Assembly: GCF_036321535.1 (NCBI RefSeq)
Contig: NC_087437.1
Location: forward strand, 7,688,001-7,752,000
DNA from: Camelus dromedarius
Lineage: Eukaryota
DNA: 64,000 nt
Reading direction: 5' to 3'
Shown here: positions 40,431 to 52,972 of the stretch, piece by piece
Numbering within the stretch: the first letter of the stretch is position 1
Layout of the letters: the number at the start of each line of letters is the position of its first letter
Translations under genes and position numbers: made by a program
The notes under the pieces: model-generated
Told to the model about the DNA's origin: nothing
Databases searched by the model: none
The model's input: only the letters and a program-made list of their open reading frames with translations

Positions 40431-40961
40431 TGTTACCAAATCCAAACTTGTTCTGCTTGTCACAAGACAGGCCAGTAAATCAGGAGGTGAGGAGTGGGGC
40501 AAAGAATAGTGACTGTATTTGGAGGCCGGCAGACTGAGAAAATGGCAGACTAATGTTCTGGAGTACCACCTTCCCCAAGTCAGAATTCAGGCTCCTTTTA
40601 TACTAAAAAAGGGAAGGGGTGTGGTTGGTTATTGCAGACTTCTTGGTGTAGGAATTCTTTGTTCTTAGAATCCGTTGTTCTTGTAGCTGTCCACGTGGGT
40701 CAGATCATGGTGTCCCTGTAAACTTCAACAAACAAACATTATTTTCTGTTCTGCAACTTGTTATCTTTATATGAATGTTAAAGTGTTCATATCCTTAAAG
40801 GTCAGAGCCTTGAGAATGGGCTGTCCGGTGTATTTCAGGCTCTAGGCAACATTCTTTTATGAAAGGTGCAGAACCAGCAGGAGAAAGCCCAGGAAACAGC
40901 ACAGGGTTAGAGCCAAAGGATTAGATCTAATATGGAGTCAGATTTGTTCTCTTCTGTTAAA
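40431..40961 (-). mobile_element. Solo LTR, same family (copy 3)
   Basis: Same blocks; perfect TSD atat/atat; TATA box intact, poly(A) signal mutated. Confidence 0.85.
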
Positions 40962-41108
40962 ATATGATGGCTTGAATTTGCCTCAGAAAAATCTGAAGGA
41001 GTAAAGTGGAAGAAACTAAACACGATTATACATGGATTCATGCTTATTGAAGTGAGGTGATGGGTGTACTAGGACAGTTCTACAGAGAAGGAGACCAGTA
41101 GGATATCC

Positions 41109-41115
41109 ATATATA

Positions 41116-41198
<83 letters not shown>

Positions 41199-41215
41199 CA
41201 TATAAATATATATAA
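41109..41215. repeat. (TG)n(TA)n microsatellite with more than 30 TA units
   Basis: Seen directly in the sequence. Confidence 0.95.
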
Positions 41216-42029
41216 TCTTTATCTGATTTAGATATTCAAGATCAAGACCAACCAGAAATCAAGCTGCACGCTTTTGATTTGTCTGGGATTGTTTTAGTAT
41301 ATATGCTATACTCAATTAAATGTTTACTTCATAACAAATAAATAAACTAAAAATATTTACATCATAAGTGGTATAAAATATATGTGACTCTGTACAATAT
41401 AGATGCAAGTCTTAACGCACAGTGGTCCTTGAGGGTTTCTCTGAAAAACGAGCTAAAAAAGACAAAATATGAAGACAATGATGGTGACTGATTATTTGAT
41501 AAATACAGCATCAAGCCTGATCCCAGTAATCAATAGAAATGTAAGTACCTAATTCCATACGAAATACATGATAGGGAAGTGTTCACTTACCCTGTTCATG
41601 TGCTCATTTAGAAAAATTAAGTACTTGCTATGTGGCAGGCTCCGTTTTGAATATGAGTAATGTAACCATAAACCACGTGTATCTCATGAAATGTATGAGC
41701 AACAGATTAAAAAATACACACCTTTGCCTTATAGATGTGTAAATTTGTGTATTTTGTAATGAAGTTTCTGGCACACGATAGTGAAGTGTTGTATTCTGAC
41801 AAGATGGGCTCAGTGTAACAAATGTGTAACAGAAGTAGCATGTTTGGAGGGAAGATTCTTTTCCCAGATTGACACAAACTCTTGGGAATAGGCCAGCATC
41901 ACTGAGCATGAAAAACCAGCTTTCAGTGCTCAATTTCTCACGTGTTTAAAGCATTTAAAAGACCTCAATATGCTGCACTCAAAATCAGTTTAAAAAAATC
42001 TAGGCAAAACCTGACAATTTCTTTGACTT

Positions 42030-43090
42030 TCTGTTTTGAAGTAGTTATAGATTCATGGGAATTTTTAAAGATAGGAGGGAGAAATGTCCACATTGTTCCT
42101 AGTGGTTACATCTTACATGATTACAGCATATCAAAACTAGGAAATTGGCAATGGCACATTGTGTGTAGAGTTCTGTGCCATTTTGTCACATGGGTGGGTT
42201 TGTGTGACCGCCACCATAATTGGGATACATAATTATTTCATCACAACAAATGTCTTCCTCCTGCTCTCCCTATATAGTGATACCCCCCACCCTCTACCAT
42301 TGCTAACCCGTGACCAATGCTAGTCTGTTGTTCATATCCAACATTTAGAAAATATTATGTAAATGGAATCATATAACATGTAACCTTTTGAGATTAGCTT
42401 TTTTTTTCTTTTACTGAATATGATGTCCTATAGATCTATCCAAGTTATGCATCTATGTTGATAGTTTGTTCCTTTGATAGTTTGTTCCTTTTTATTCCTG
42501 AGTGGTATTCCATGGCATGGATATACCACAATTAATTGAACCATTCCCTGATTGAAGGGCATTTGTGTTGTTTCCTGTTCTTGGCTATTACAGATAAAGC
42601 TGCTAAGAACAATTGTGCACAGGTTTTTGTGTGGACATAAGTTTTCATTTCTCTGGGATAACTGCCCAGGAATACAGTTGCTGGTTTGGATGGTTAAGTA
42701 TGTATCTAGTTGTTGTTTGTCAAGAAATTGCCAAACTCTTTTCCAGAGGGACTGTACCCCTTTACATTTTCACCAGCAATGTGTGAAACACCTAGTTTCT
42801 CTCTGTCCTTGCAGCATTTGGTATTGTCACTATTTTTCCTTTTAGCTCTTATTTAATTGGTGTGTAGTGATTTCTCAGTTTGCATTTCCCTAATGACTAG
42901 TGATGTTGTACACGTTCCCATGTGAATATTTGCCATTCTGGTATCCTCTCAAGTGAAATATCTCTTCCTGTGTTTTATTCATTTTCTAACTGGATTGTTC
43001 AGTTTCCTTAATGTTGAGTTTTAGGAGTTCTTACGTATTCTAGGCATGAGTCCCTTGTCAGATAAAAGATTTGGGAATATTTTCTCCTGG
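42030..43090 (-). mobile_element. Old LINE-1 (L1M-type) 3' fragment
   Basis: aaatggaatcatataac, gagtggtattccatgg..atataccaca, ccaaactcttttccaga, cattttcaccagcaatg, tttgcatttccctaatgacta. Confidence 0.8.
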
Positions 43091-44754
43091 TCGGTAATGG
43101 TACTATAAATGTGCTAATTTTGAAACGTACAGAGATGATTAAAATTGAGCAATAACCACAGCAATTGTTTTGGATTAAGATCAACCAAAGATTTGGGGTT
43201 GAAGAGGAATGTTTTGTCACTGAAATTATGTAAATTACTGGCATATGGCAGTAATAAAAAGCCAATGGAATGGAATTGGATTAGTTATTGTTTTTACATT
43301 TTCTGCAGACAACACTTCTCCTCATTGCCTACATCTGGTTTGGACTGCTCCCACCACCCTGTCCTGGCATGCCACTGCTCAGACAGATCCAGAGATTGGC
43401 AGCCTTGTGTGACACTCTTAGTAACAAAGTCACGATAGACAATTGCATACTTCAGTCTATGGAAAACCATAAAAAGCATAACCCATAGATATCTCTTGAA
43501 AAAAATAAAAAACTACTTGAAGATGTATTCCAGACAGATAGATACGATTCAAAATTATAAATTTAAGAATGTGGAAGTTACACATTTGTGTCTTTCCTAA
43601 ACCGTTTTGGACCAGTTATATATGAATCCAGAGGGACTCTAGTTCCTGGAGCAAACCAGGCACTGTAATAACGCACTACATTCTCCTTTCTCTTCTAGTC
43701 ATTTCTGTTTATCATAAAAAATAGTAAATATTTTTTCCTGGGGCGCATCCTTTACCCTACAGTTCAGACAGTAATCATCTCTTAAACATCGAGTAGCTGT
43801 GTTTATTCAGACCCTGTGAACAATGGTTAAGGTGCAACATTGTTCATGCAGGTCAGGATCTCTGGGAAGCAGCTCTGACAAGGAGATTGCAGGAAGCTTT
43901 GAGAGCCCTCTTAGGATCAAGGAAAAGAAAGGACTGAGCTGAGGAAGAAGTTGGGCAGCAGTGCATTTGCAACAATATATCTTGCTGACTCCAAATATAC
44001 CACCAGCTAAAAGGGAAGTTTGGTGGGGGGGTCTTCAGAGTTGGGCAGGGGTCCTTCTATCACCCACCCAAAGCAGGCTGCTCTGGGAAAGAGGCATGAT
44101 CTTAGTCAAGATCACTTCCTTTAGCCAAAGGCAGTGCCATAGAGGACTGAGGGCTGAGAGGTGAGGCTCTGGCAGGCAAGGTCCCAGCAACTACAGACTT
44201 CACCCTTTTCATACTGAGGGGGCATCTGGCTCCACCATCCCACCAGCAGAATCTTTCAGCACTTTCATTTCCCATCACCAAAGCAAGGCTTAATTTGTGG
44301 CCAAATGACCATTTGCATTGCAACCTTTAAAAAATAATTTTACATGTTTTTTAAATAATTATAGATGTATATAAAATCCATATGGAATGACCTGAGTTAC
44401 AGATACTTTTCTTAATCAAGTAAAGCTGAGTCCAGTCCTATGTATTTTGACAGGTATTTTTCCCTCCAGCTCTCTTCTTATCTAGAATCTGTGATTATTT
44501 CTGTGTTAATTATATTTAAGATGAGTTACCTGATATGAAGTCAATGATGTGAGGGAAAAAAAAAAAGAGAAAGCCTAGAACAAAAATCCAAAAATAAATT
44601 CACCAAAATGTTAAATTGTTTCTGGGAGATGGTATTATGAAAGAGATTCATTGTCTGCTTTATACTGTTTACATTTCTAAGCTTTGTAAAAGATACATGT
44701 ATTTTTTTAATATTCAAGGAATAACTTATTAATTGCAATTGAGTTAATAATATA

Positions 44755-44908
44755 TTAAATATTTATTTATTATTTTTTTGAATTAACTTTTTGTGGGGGA
44801 GGGTAATTAGGTTTATTCATCTATTTATGTAGTGGAGGTACTGGGGCTTGAACCCAGGACCTTGTGCATGCTAGGCATGCACTCTGCCACTGAGCTATAC
44901 CCTCCCCC
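44755..44908 (-). mobile_element. tRNA-derived SINE (Vic-1-like)
   Basis: Full head with A and B boxes; perfect 14-bp TSD gagttaataatata (44741-44754, 44909-44922). Confidence 0.9.
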
Positions 44909-45222
44909 GAGTTAATAATATAAATGGAGTAAAAATGTGGAAGGAAATGCATGAAATGTTGATATTGAAAACAGTCAGATATTCCTTATTTTGTTATTTT
45001 TCTATATTTTCAAAATTTTCCATGATGAGCTTACATCGGCTTTATTTTCCATTTTGGGGAGGAAATCTTGTCATTTTTTTAAATTGTAAAAACTGTCAAG
45101 CTTCCAATGTCACCTCATTAAACATGAGTTTTCCCTTGGTCACTGATAGATATTCTCTATCAAGTTAAAGATTTCTTCCTTCTATTGCTTGCTGATTACA
45201 AAATTTTTTTTTAAAGCAAGAA

Positions 45223-45453
45223 TTTTTTTTACATTTTTTATTGAGTATAGTCAGTTTATAATGTGTCAATTTCCAATGTAGATCACAATTTTTCAGTTAT
45301 ACATGAACATACATTCATTGTCACATTCTTTTTCACCGTGAGCTACCACAAGGTCGTGTATAGAGTTCCCTGTGCTATACAGTATAGTCTTGTTTATCTA
45401 TTCTACATATGCCTGTCAGTATCTACAAATTTCGAACTCCCAGTCTGTCCCTT
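45223..45453 (-). mobile_element. Short LINE-1 3'-end fragment of the same young family as 46145-47927
   Basis: Near-identical to 46150-46360 (ttttcagttatacatgaacata..cattgtcacatt..ccctgtgcta). Confidence 0.85.
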
Positions 45454-46144
45454 ACGAGTTATGTTAGAAAATCAGTACTTACGAGATAGTAACATGGGCT
45501 TTCTTCTCTTTAAATCTGCTGAATTATGATTTCCTAAAATGGAACCATCCTTGGCATAAATCCCACACAAGCAGGGGACATTTTCTTTTAACGCACTTCT
45601 ATATTCAGTTTACTAATGTATTGTTCAGGATTTTTGCATGTATGTTTGAAGTAGTATGTAGCTATCTTGTTGTATTATACTCATGTAGTTTTGGTATCAG
45701 AGTTTTCCAGACTCACAGATTGAATTCATAAATTTTCAGGCTTTTTTGTTCTGCAAAGCTTTAGAAGAATCATTTGTTCCTTTAAGACTTGACAACGTTG
45801 ACATTTAGAACCATCTCAAATAGGCTTTAGTGCAAGTGATAGGCAGTGTGGATGTGGTGGTCTTTTTCTCTGCTTCTTCTACCGTGATTGGGCTACTGAA
45901 GTTTTTACCACTTTGACGGCCTATCTTGGTAATTAACTACCCACCCCAAAGTATTCATTTAATCTGGAAAATTATGCTGATATAATTTCGCACAACATAA
46001 TCTCATAATTTTAAGGATCTTCTAAATGTATTATCCTTTTTTAATTCTTAACATTGTTGGTGTTGTCTCTTTTTTTTCCCCTTGAATACATTTGCTGGAA
46101 ATTTGATTCTTTTATCTTCCTTTAGTTTTATTGATCAAATATTT

Positions 46145-47927
46145 TCTTTTTTTAACATTTTTATTGATTTATAGTCATTTTACAATATTGTGTCAAATTC
46201 CAGTGTAGAGCATAATTTTTCAGTTATACATGAACATATATATATTCATTGTCACATTTTTTTCTCTGTGGGCTGCCATAAGATCTTGTATATATTTCCC
46301 TGTGCTATGCAGTATAATCTTGTTTATCTATTCTACAATTTTGAAATCCCAGTCTATCCCTTCCCACCCCATGCCCTGTGGGCAACCACAAGTTTGTATT
46401 CTATGTCTATGAGTCTATTTCTGTTTTGTATTTATGCTTTGTTTATTTGTTTGGATTCCACATATGACCGATTTCATATGGTATTTTTCTTTCTCTTTCT
46501 TGCTTACTTTACTTAGAATAACATTCTCCAGGAACATCCATGTTGCTGCAAATGGTGCTATGTTGTCAGTTTTTATGGCTGAATAGTATTCCATTCTATA
46601 AATATACCACATCTTCTTTATCCAGTCATCTGTTGATGGACATTTTGGCTGTTTCCATGTCTTGGCTATTGCAAATAGTGCTGCTATTAACATTGGGGTG
46701 CAGGTGTCATCCTGAAGTAGGGTTCCTTCTGGATATATGCCCAGGAGCGGGATTCCTGGGTCATGTGGTAAGTATATTCCTAGTCTTTTGAGGAATCTCC
46801 ATACTGTTTTCCACAGTGGCTGCACCAAACTGCATTCCCACCAGCAGTGTAGGGGGGTTCCCTTTTCTCCACAGCCTCTCCAGCATTTGTCATTTGTGGA
46901 TTTTTGAATGATGGCCATTCTGACTGGTGTGAGGTGATACGTCATTGTAGTTTTGATTTGCATTTCTTTGATAATTAGCGATATAGAGCATTTTTTCATG
47001 TGCCTATTGATCATTTATTTGTATGTTTTCCTTGGAGAATTGCTTGTTTAGGTCTTCTGCCCATTTTTGGATTAATGGTTGCTTGTTTTTTTTCTTATTA
47101 AGTCGTATGAGCTGCTTATATATTCTGGAGATCAAGCCTTTGTTGGTTTCATTTGCAAAAATTTTCTCCCATTCTGTGGGTTGTCTTTTTGTTTTACTTA
47201 TGGTTTCCTTTGCTGTGCAGAAGCTTGTACGTTTCATTGGGTCCCATTTGTTTATTCTTGCTTTTATTTCTATTGCTTGAGTACACTGTTCTAGGCGAAC
47301 ATTTTTGAGATGTGTGTCAGATAATGTTTTGCCTGTATTTTCTTCTAGGAGGTTTATTGTATCCTGTCTTATGTTTAAGTCTTTGATCCATTTTGAGTTT
47401 ATTTTTGTGTATGGTGTAAGGGAGTATTCTAGCTTCATTGCTTTACATGCTGCTGTCCAGTTTTCCCAACACCATTTGCTGAAGAGACTGTCTTTATTCC
47501 ATTGTATATTCTTGCTTCCTTTGTCAAAGATTAGTTGACCAAAAGTTTTTGGGCTCATTTCTGGGCTCTCTATTCTGTTCCATTGGTCTATATGTCTGTT
47601 TTTGTACCAATACCATGCTGTCTTGATGACTGTAGCTCTGTAGTATTGTCTGAAGTCTGAGAGAGTTATTCCTCCAGCCTCTTTCTTTCTCTTCAGTAAT
47701 GCTTTGGCAATTCTAGGTCTTTGATGGTTCCATATAAATTTTATTATTTTTTGTTCTAGTTCTGTGAAATATGTCCTGGGGAATTTGATAGAAATTGCAT
47801 TAAATCTGTAGGTTGCCTTGGGCAGTGTGACCATTTTAACAATATTGATTCTTCCAATTCAAGAGCATGGGATATCTTCCCATTTTTTAAAGTCTTCTTT
47901 AATTTCCTTCATCAGTGGTTTATAGTT
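46145..47927 (-). mobile_element. 5'-truncated, relatively young LINE-1 (ORF2 C-terminal part, 3'UTR, poly(A))
   Basis: ORFs 47004-47834 ([31 protein letters not shown]) and 46415-47014 ([21 protein letters not shown]) are L1 ORF2 split by one frameshift. Confidence 0.95.
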
Positions 47928-48337
47928 ACATATTGGTTGGATATTTTTTAAACTCTATTTTCTACTTCATTTATTTCTTTCACTTGTATATCCTTCTCGT
48001 TTACTGTTGTTTGATTTTCTCTTATACGTGGGCAGAGTGATGGAGGTGACCATGCAGGTTCATTTTGTGTCTGAGAGACTCTTTCATGCACAACCATGAT
48101 TGAATGGGGCACGTAGCTGCCCAGCCAGAGCCCCCACTCCTCAGCTTTGTTTGTAGCTCAGTGTAGCTCACAGAGGGTGTGGGAAAGCTCCATGTGCTTC
48201 TGCCCACCCTCTACTTTGCCTCATTACCCCTCTTCATCCCCTTCTCTGTATCCCGACCCTCCAGAACTCCCTTCAGTTCTTCCAAGATTCTGAGCTCTTT
48301 TCTGACCAAGGCCCTCACACCTTTTATTTGCTCTTGG

Positions 48338-48873
48338 TGTTATCGAGTCCAAACTTGTTTTGCTCGCTGCACAACAGGACAGTAAATCGGGAGATGAGGT
48401 GTTGGGGCAAGGAACAGGGACTTTATTCAGAAAGCTGGCAGACCGAGAAGATGGCAGACTAATGTCCTGGAGAACCATCTTATCCAAATCAGAATTCAGG
48501 CTTCTTTTATACTAAAGACGGGAAGGGGTGTGTGATTGTTGCAAACTTCTTGGTTTAGGAATTCTTTGTTCTTGGAATCCTTTGTTCTTGCAGCTGTCTA
48601 CGTAGGTCAAGTCATGGTGCCCCTGTAAATTCTCTAACAAAACAAATGTTATTTTCTATTCTGCGACTTGTTATCTTTATATGAGTGCAAAAGTGTTAAT
48701 ATCCTTAAAAGTCAGAGCCTTGAGAATAGGCTGTCCTATATATTTCAGGCTGTAGGCAACATTGTTTTACAGAAAGTGCAGAGCTAGCAAGACTAAGCCT
48801 AGAAAACAGGGCACAGGGTTAAAGCCAAAGGAACAGATCTAATATGGAGTCAGATTTGTTCCTTTCTGTTACA
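48338..48873 (-). mobile_element. Solo LTR, same family (copy 4)
   Basis: TGTTATCGAGTCC...CTGTTACA; TSD ttgg/tcgg; TATA box and AATAAA intact on the minus strand. Confidence 0.85.
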
Positions 48874-49597
48874 TCGGAAATGTTCTTCCCTCTGCTACCC
48901 CTCATCTTATTTACAACTATTCTTCCTTCAGATTCTAACCCTGAGTCCTTCATCTTAAGCAATTGACACCCCACCCCCTACGACACCCCTACTCCAAAGA
49001 AGTTGGTCAAGTCCCACTGTTCAGTAGTCCAGTACCACTTTAGTCTTGTCCTTTTTTGGTTGTGAAATATTTTTTACATTCAAAAATACACATAATATGA
49101 AAATATGATTGAAATTACTGTGCAGCCTCAATCCAGTTTACAAAATAGAATTTTACTAATTCCACTGAGCAAGGGACATCGTGACCCAGCTAGAGACTGC
49201 ATTTTCCATGCTCTTTGCCGTTTGTTGTAGTCATGAGATGATGGGTAGTTTTACAGCATGTACATTTCCTTAGGCAATATATATAACTCAGGTTTGCATA
49301 TGTGTAAATATAGAAGGATATTGTCACGTTGTCAGCTCTCTTCTGTTACTTCCATACTCAACATTATTTTGAAATATTTCTATACTAACAGGTAGGCACT
49401 ATTTCATTCATTTTCCTTTTATTTTCATGTAAGTCTAATTTAATAGAATTTTAGCATCCTATGTCATGACTGTGCCTCTTACACATTTGTTTTTGTCTAT
49501 GGACATTTAGCTTGTTTCTAGTCATACATGCAAATAAAAGTGTATATTTCATGTATTTGTATATGAAAATTATGCATCTTGCTGTCATGAATATTTT

Positions 49598-49640
49598 GCA
49601 TATATATGTGTGTGTGTGTGTGTATATACACACACACACA
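49598..49640. repeat. (TA)(TG)n(TA)(CA)n self-complementary microsatellite
   Basis: Seen directly in the sequence. Confidence 0.85.
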
Positions 49641-49789
49641 TTTTTTAATGAATTTCTCCCTAGTCTATTTATGATTCCTTTTTCATTCGGGAACCACCAA
49701 CCCAGGACCATTTAATTTTTTAACTTTTTATTTTTTTGGAATTGTTGAGTTTCCCTCATTTAAATTTTAGGTTGTTTTATTCTTTTTAA

Positions 49790-49907
49790 AAACTTTTTTG
49801 TTGTTTTTTTCCGGAGGGGCGGTGCAATAATTAGGTTTATTTATTTATTTTAATGGAGGTGCTGGGGTTTGAACCCAGGACCTCGTGCATGCTAAGCCTG
49901 TGCTCTG
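49790..49907 (-). mobile_element. 5'-truncated tRNA-derived SINE (Vic-1-like)
   Basis: taattaggtttatttattt..ggaggtgctggggtttgaacccaggacctcgtgcatgctaag matches the other copies. Confidence 0.8.
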
Positions 49908-51469
49908 TCTATTATGGGGTTCAAGATCCTTTTAAATTCATTCCTTTGCTTGGGAGATTTTAGATCACCTAAGTGGGATGACTTTCAAGCCCAATCTTGC
50001 AGGAATGTTAAATTGTGACTAAAACTTTTTAAGGGAAACTTTATTTTTCCTTCCTTGTAGAGCCAAGACCAAGACACATGTATTTCTTTGACATTTCCCT
50101 TTGAGGGGCTTTTTTTTTTTTTTTAGAACTGTGAAACTGTTGTTGTTTGATTTGGAAAATCTCACCAATAATTAGATTTGTCCACTGAGAAGGGATTTGG
50201 CTTATTGCCTGTCACACATCTCTAATCTGGTCCATTTTGTACTTAGCACTGTAATTCCACCTCGCATTTTGATACTGACTGTTGTTACATAAACAGCCTG
50301 CTGGCCTTTTGTACCACGTTCTGGAGACCTTATCTTAAAACTCTGGCAGTTTTACAATTTAAATATATTTAAAATTACGCCCTGATGGATCGATAATTAC
50401 ATTTTTAGATGTAATTTGCAAGAGTTCTCTGCAGACCAAAAACTTGAGCGCATGCAGACATGATCTTAACTTTCAGCAATACAATGAAATGTGCCTTATT
50501 CAGTCGAGTTTCCAAAAAGCTTCCCCAAAAAGTGCCCCCTTTGATCTTCTACATTGTTTTTGTTGTTAATCTGTTTTTAGTGATTCAAGTCTATAGTAAT
50601 ATATCATATTTTAAACATTCTTTCAAAGTTTGAAGCAAATGGCGAGCAATTAAAGAACATGTAACGTCAATGGGATATCTCTGTACTTGGTGCTCAGGTT
50701 TGCTGCAAACCTAAAACTGCTCTAACAAAGTCTATTTTTTTTCTTTAAAAAAAAATGGAACATCAGATTAGACTTTTGCAGTGAATAAAACATTCTATTT
50801 TTTGGTCCTTAAAAGCATCCCAGGGCGAACTGAGACTGAGGGGTGGTCTGAGTCCTTCAAGCACCTACAGATGAGGCTCAGATGGGCAGCGACTATGATA
50901 CCCATTAGTGTATGTGACACTTAACACCGGGCAGCAGTTCCTGAGTGTTGGTTTACATCATTAAGGGACTTGGTGCTGCGGGTGGAAGGAGAAGTTTAGA
51001 CCAGTCTGGCTTTGGAGACTGGCTCTGCTGCTGACTGGCCCTGTGATCACAGGACATGACGTTGGACCTTCCAGTTTTCTCCTCTGTACATAGAATATAA
51101 TAATGTTTATTTCACTGAATATTCATGAAGGTTAATTGAAACTTAGTAATACTGAGGATCAAGTACAGGGCCTGGCACACAGTGGCAATCAATAGTAGTT
51201 ACATCAATAATACTTCCCCAGTGTAAAAACCAAACCAAATCATTTTTATGACGAGGAATCAGACAGCCTTCATAATACTATAGAGCTTTGATGATGAAGC
51301 TTAGATAAATAATAGTTTATAATTTTTGTACTTTGTAATTATTGTAATATATATACACAATTTATTTTTGTAATTTTTATATTTTGCAATTATTGTAACA
51401 TACATGCAATTTATTTAGGATGAAATTGTATGTTCACCAACTGACCAAATAGAGACTAAATGTTTTTTA

Positions 51470-52600
51470 ATGTCATGTAATCAATTTATCTATTTCTCTT
51501 GGGCATTAGCTTTTTGGAAAGAAAATAAAATAGCTGCATTCCTACCTAGTCTTACTAAAGTAGAGTACAATTGGATTAAAGGTTTAGATGTTTAAAAAGT
51601 AAAGACATAAACATGTCAGGAAAAAGCAAACTTAGATTTTAAAAATAATTTTTGAGTGTGGACAGTTTGATGATGCAGTTTCACTCTGCATAAAGTCTAG
51701 ACACTACAGATTGATAGATTGATAAGTCTGACAACATAAAAATGTAGTTTTTATACTGCATAAATGAAATCCAAGGTCAAGTAACAGAATGGGAACATTA
51801 TTGGCAGCCCCTCTGACGAGAAAATGGTGACTAATATACAAAGAGCTCTTAGAAATAAATAGGAAAGTACCAATTTAAGTTCAAAATTGGCAAAAAAATT
51901 ATATGAATAGACTTCATAAAAATAAATGCAAATGGACAATATTTAAGTGAATGCTTATTCACATTCATAATTTCAAAAATGAACTTCAAACATATTATAG
52001 CATTTTTCAACTATCCAAATGTTAGGCAACACTTGTTTTATATTTCATAATTTAATGTGTGTGTTGAAGCAGACACCATCCACTCACTATTGCTGGGAGT
52101 ATAAGTTGCTGGAATGAAATTTGGAATGTGTATACCAAAATTTAAAATTTTAAATACACTGCTAGTGATTTACTTACTGAATATCTTGCACACCAATGCA
52201 TGGCTCTAAGCATTTAAGAATTTTCATTGCTAGATTATCTATACAGATGTTTTAAAAATCCTGGATAAACCTAAATGTTCATGATAGGGAAAGAGTAAAA
52301 TAAATAAGGCTAGTTATATCCTTAAATAGTATACTCTTAGGGATAAAAAACAATAGGAGAGAGTTATAATATTCATATTAGGAATGATTTATATTATTTT
52401 GATGTGGAAAAATTAGTATGTAAATCACTTATTATAAACTATTTATACAAAGAAACAAATATGGATATAGCATGTGCATTAGATATTTTCTGGGAAAAAT
52501 GTTGAAAGTAGAATTAGGGATATAAATGTGGAGCAGCAGAAAGGAGTAAGATTTTTTTATTGGATACTTTCTCTCTGAGAGTTCCTCTATGCTCTTGTAT
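51470..52600 (+). mobile_element. Very old LINE-1 relic
   Basis: Degenerate L1 ORF2 3' motifs (atatgaatagac..aaatgcaaatgg, ctattgctgggagtataa, aacctaaatgttca). Confidence 0.55.
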
Positions 52601-52738
52601 GTTTTACTTTAATTTTTTTAAATGACTTTAATTTGGTGATACAAATATATATATATATATAGTAAAGAACTAAAATTTAATTAAATGTCATTAGAAGCCA
52701 GCAGATAATTTTAGGTGTTGAAAAACATGTACTCTTGA

Positions 52739-52972
<234 letters not shown>

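Noticed and set aside
46415..47834. Active L1 or a domesticated reverse transcriptase gene
   Set aside because: 5'-truncated, lacks the endonuclease and RT core, and has a frameshift near 47010.
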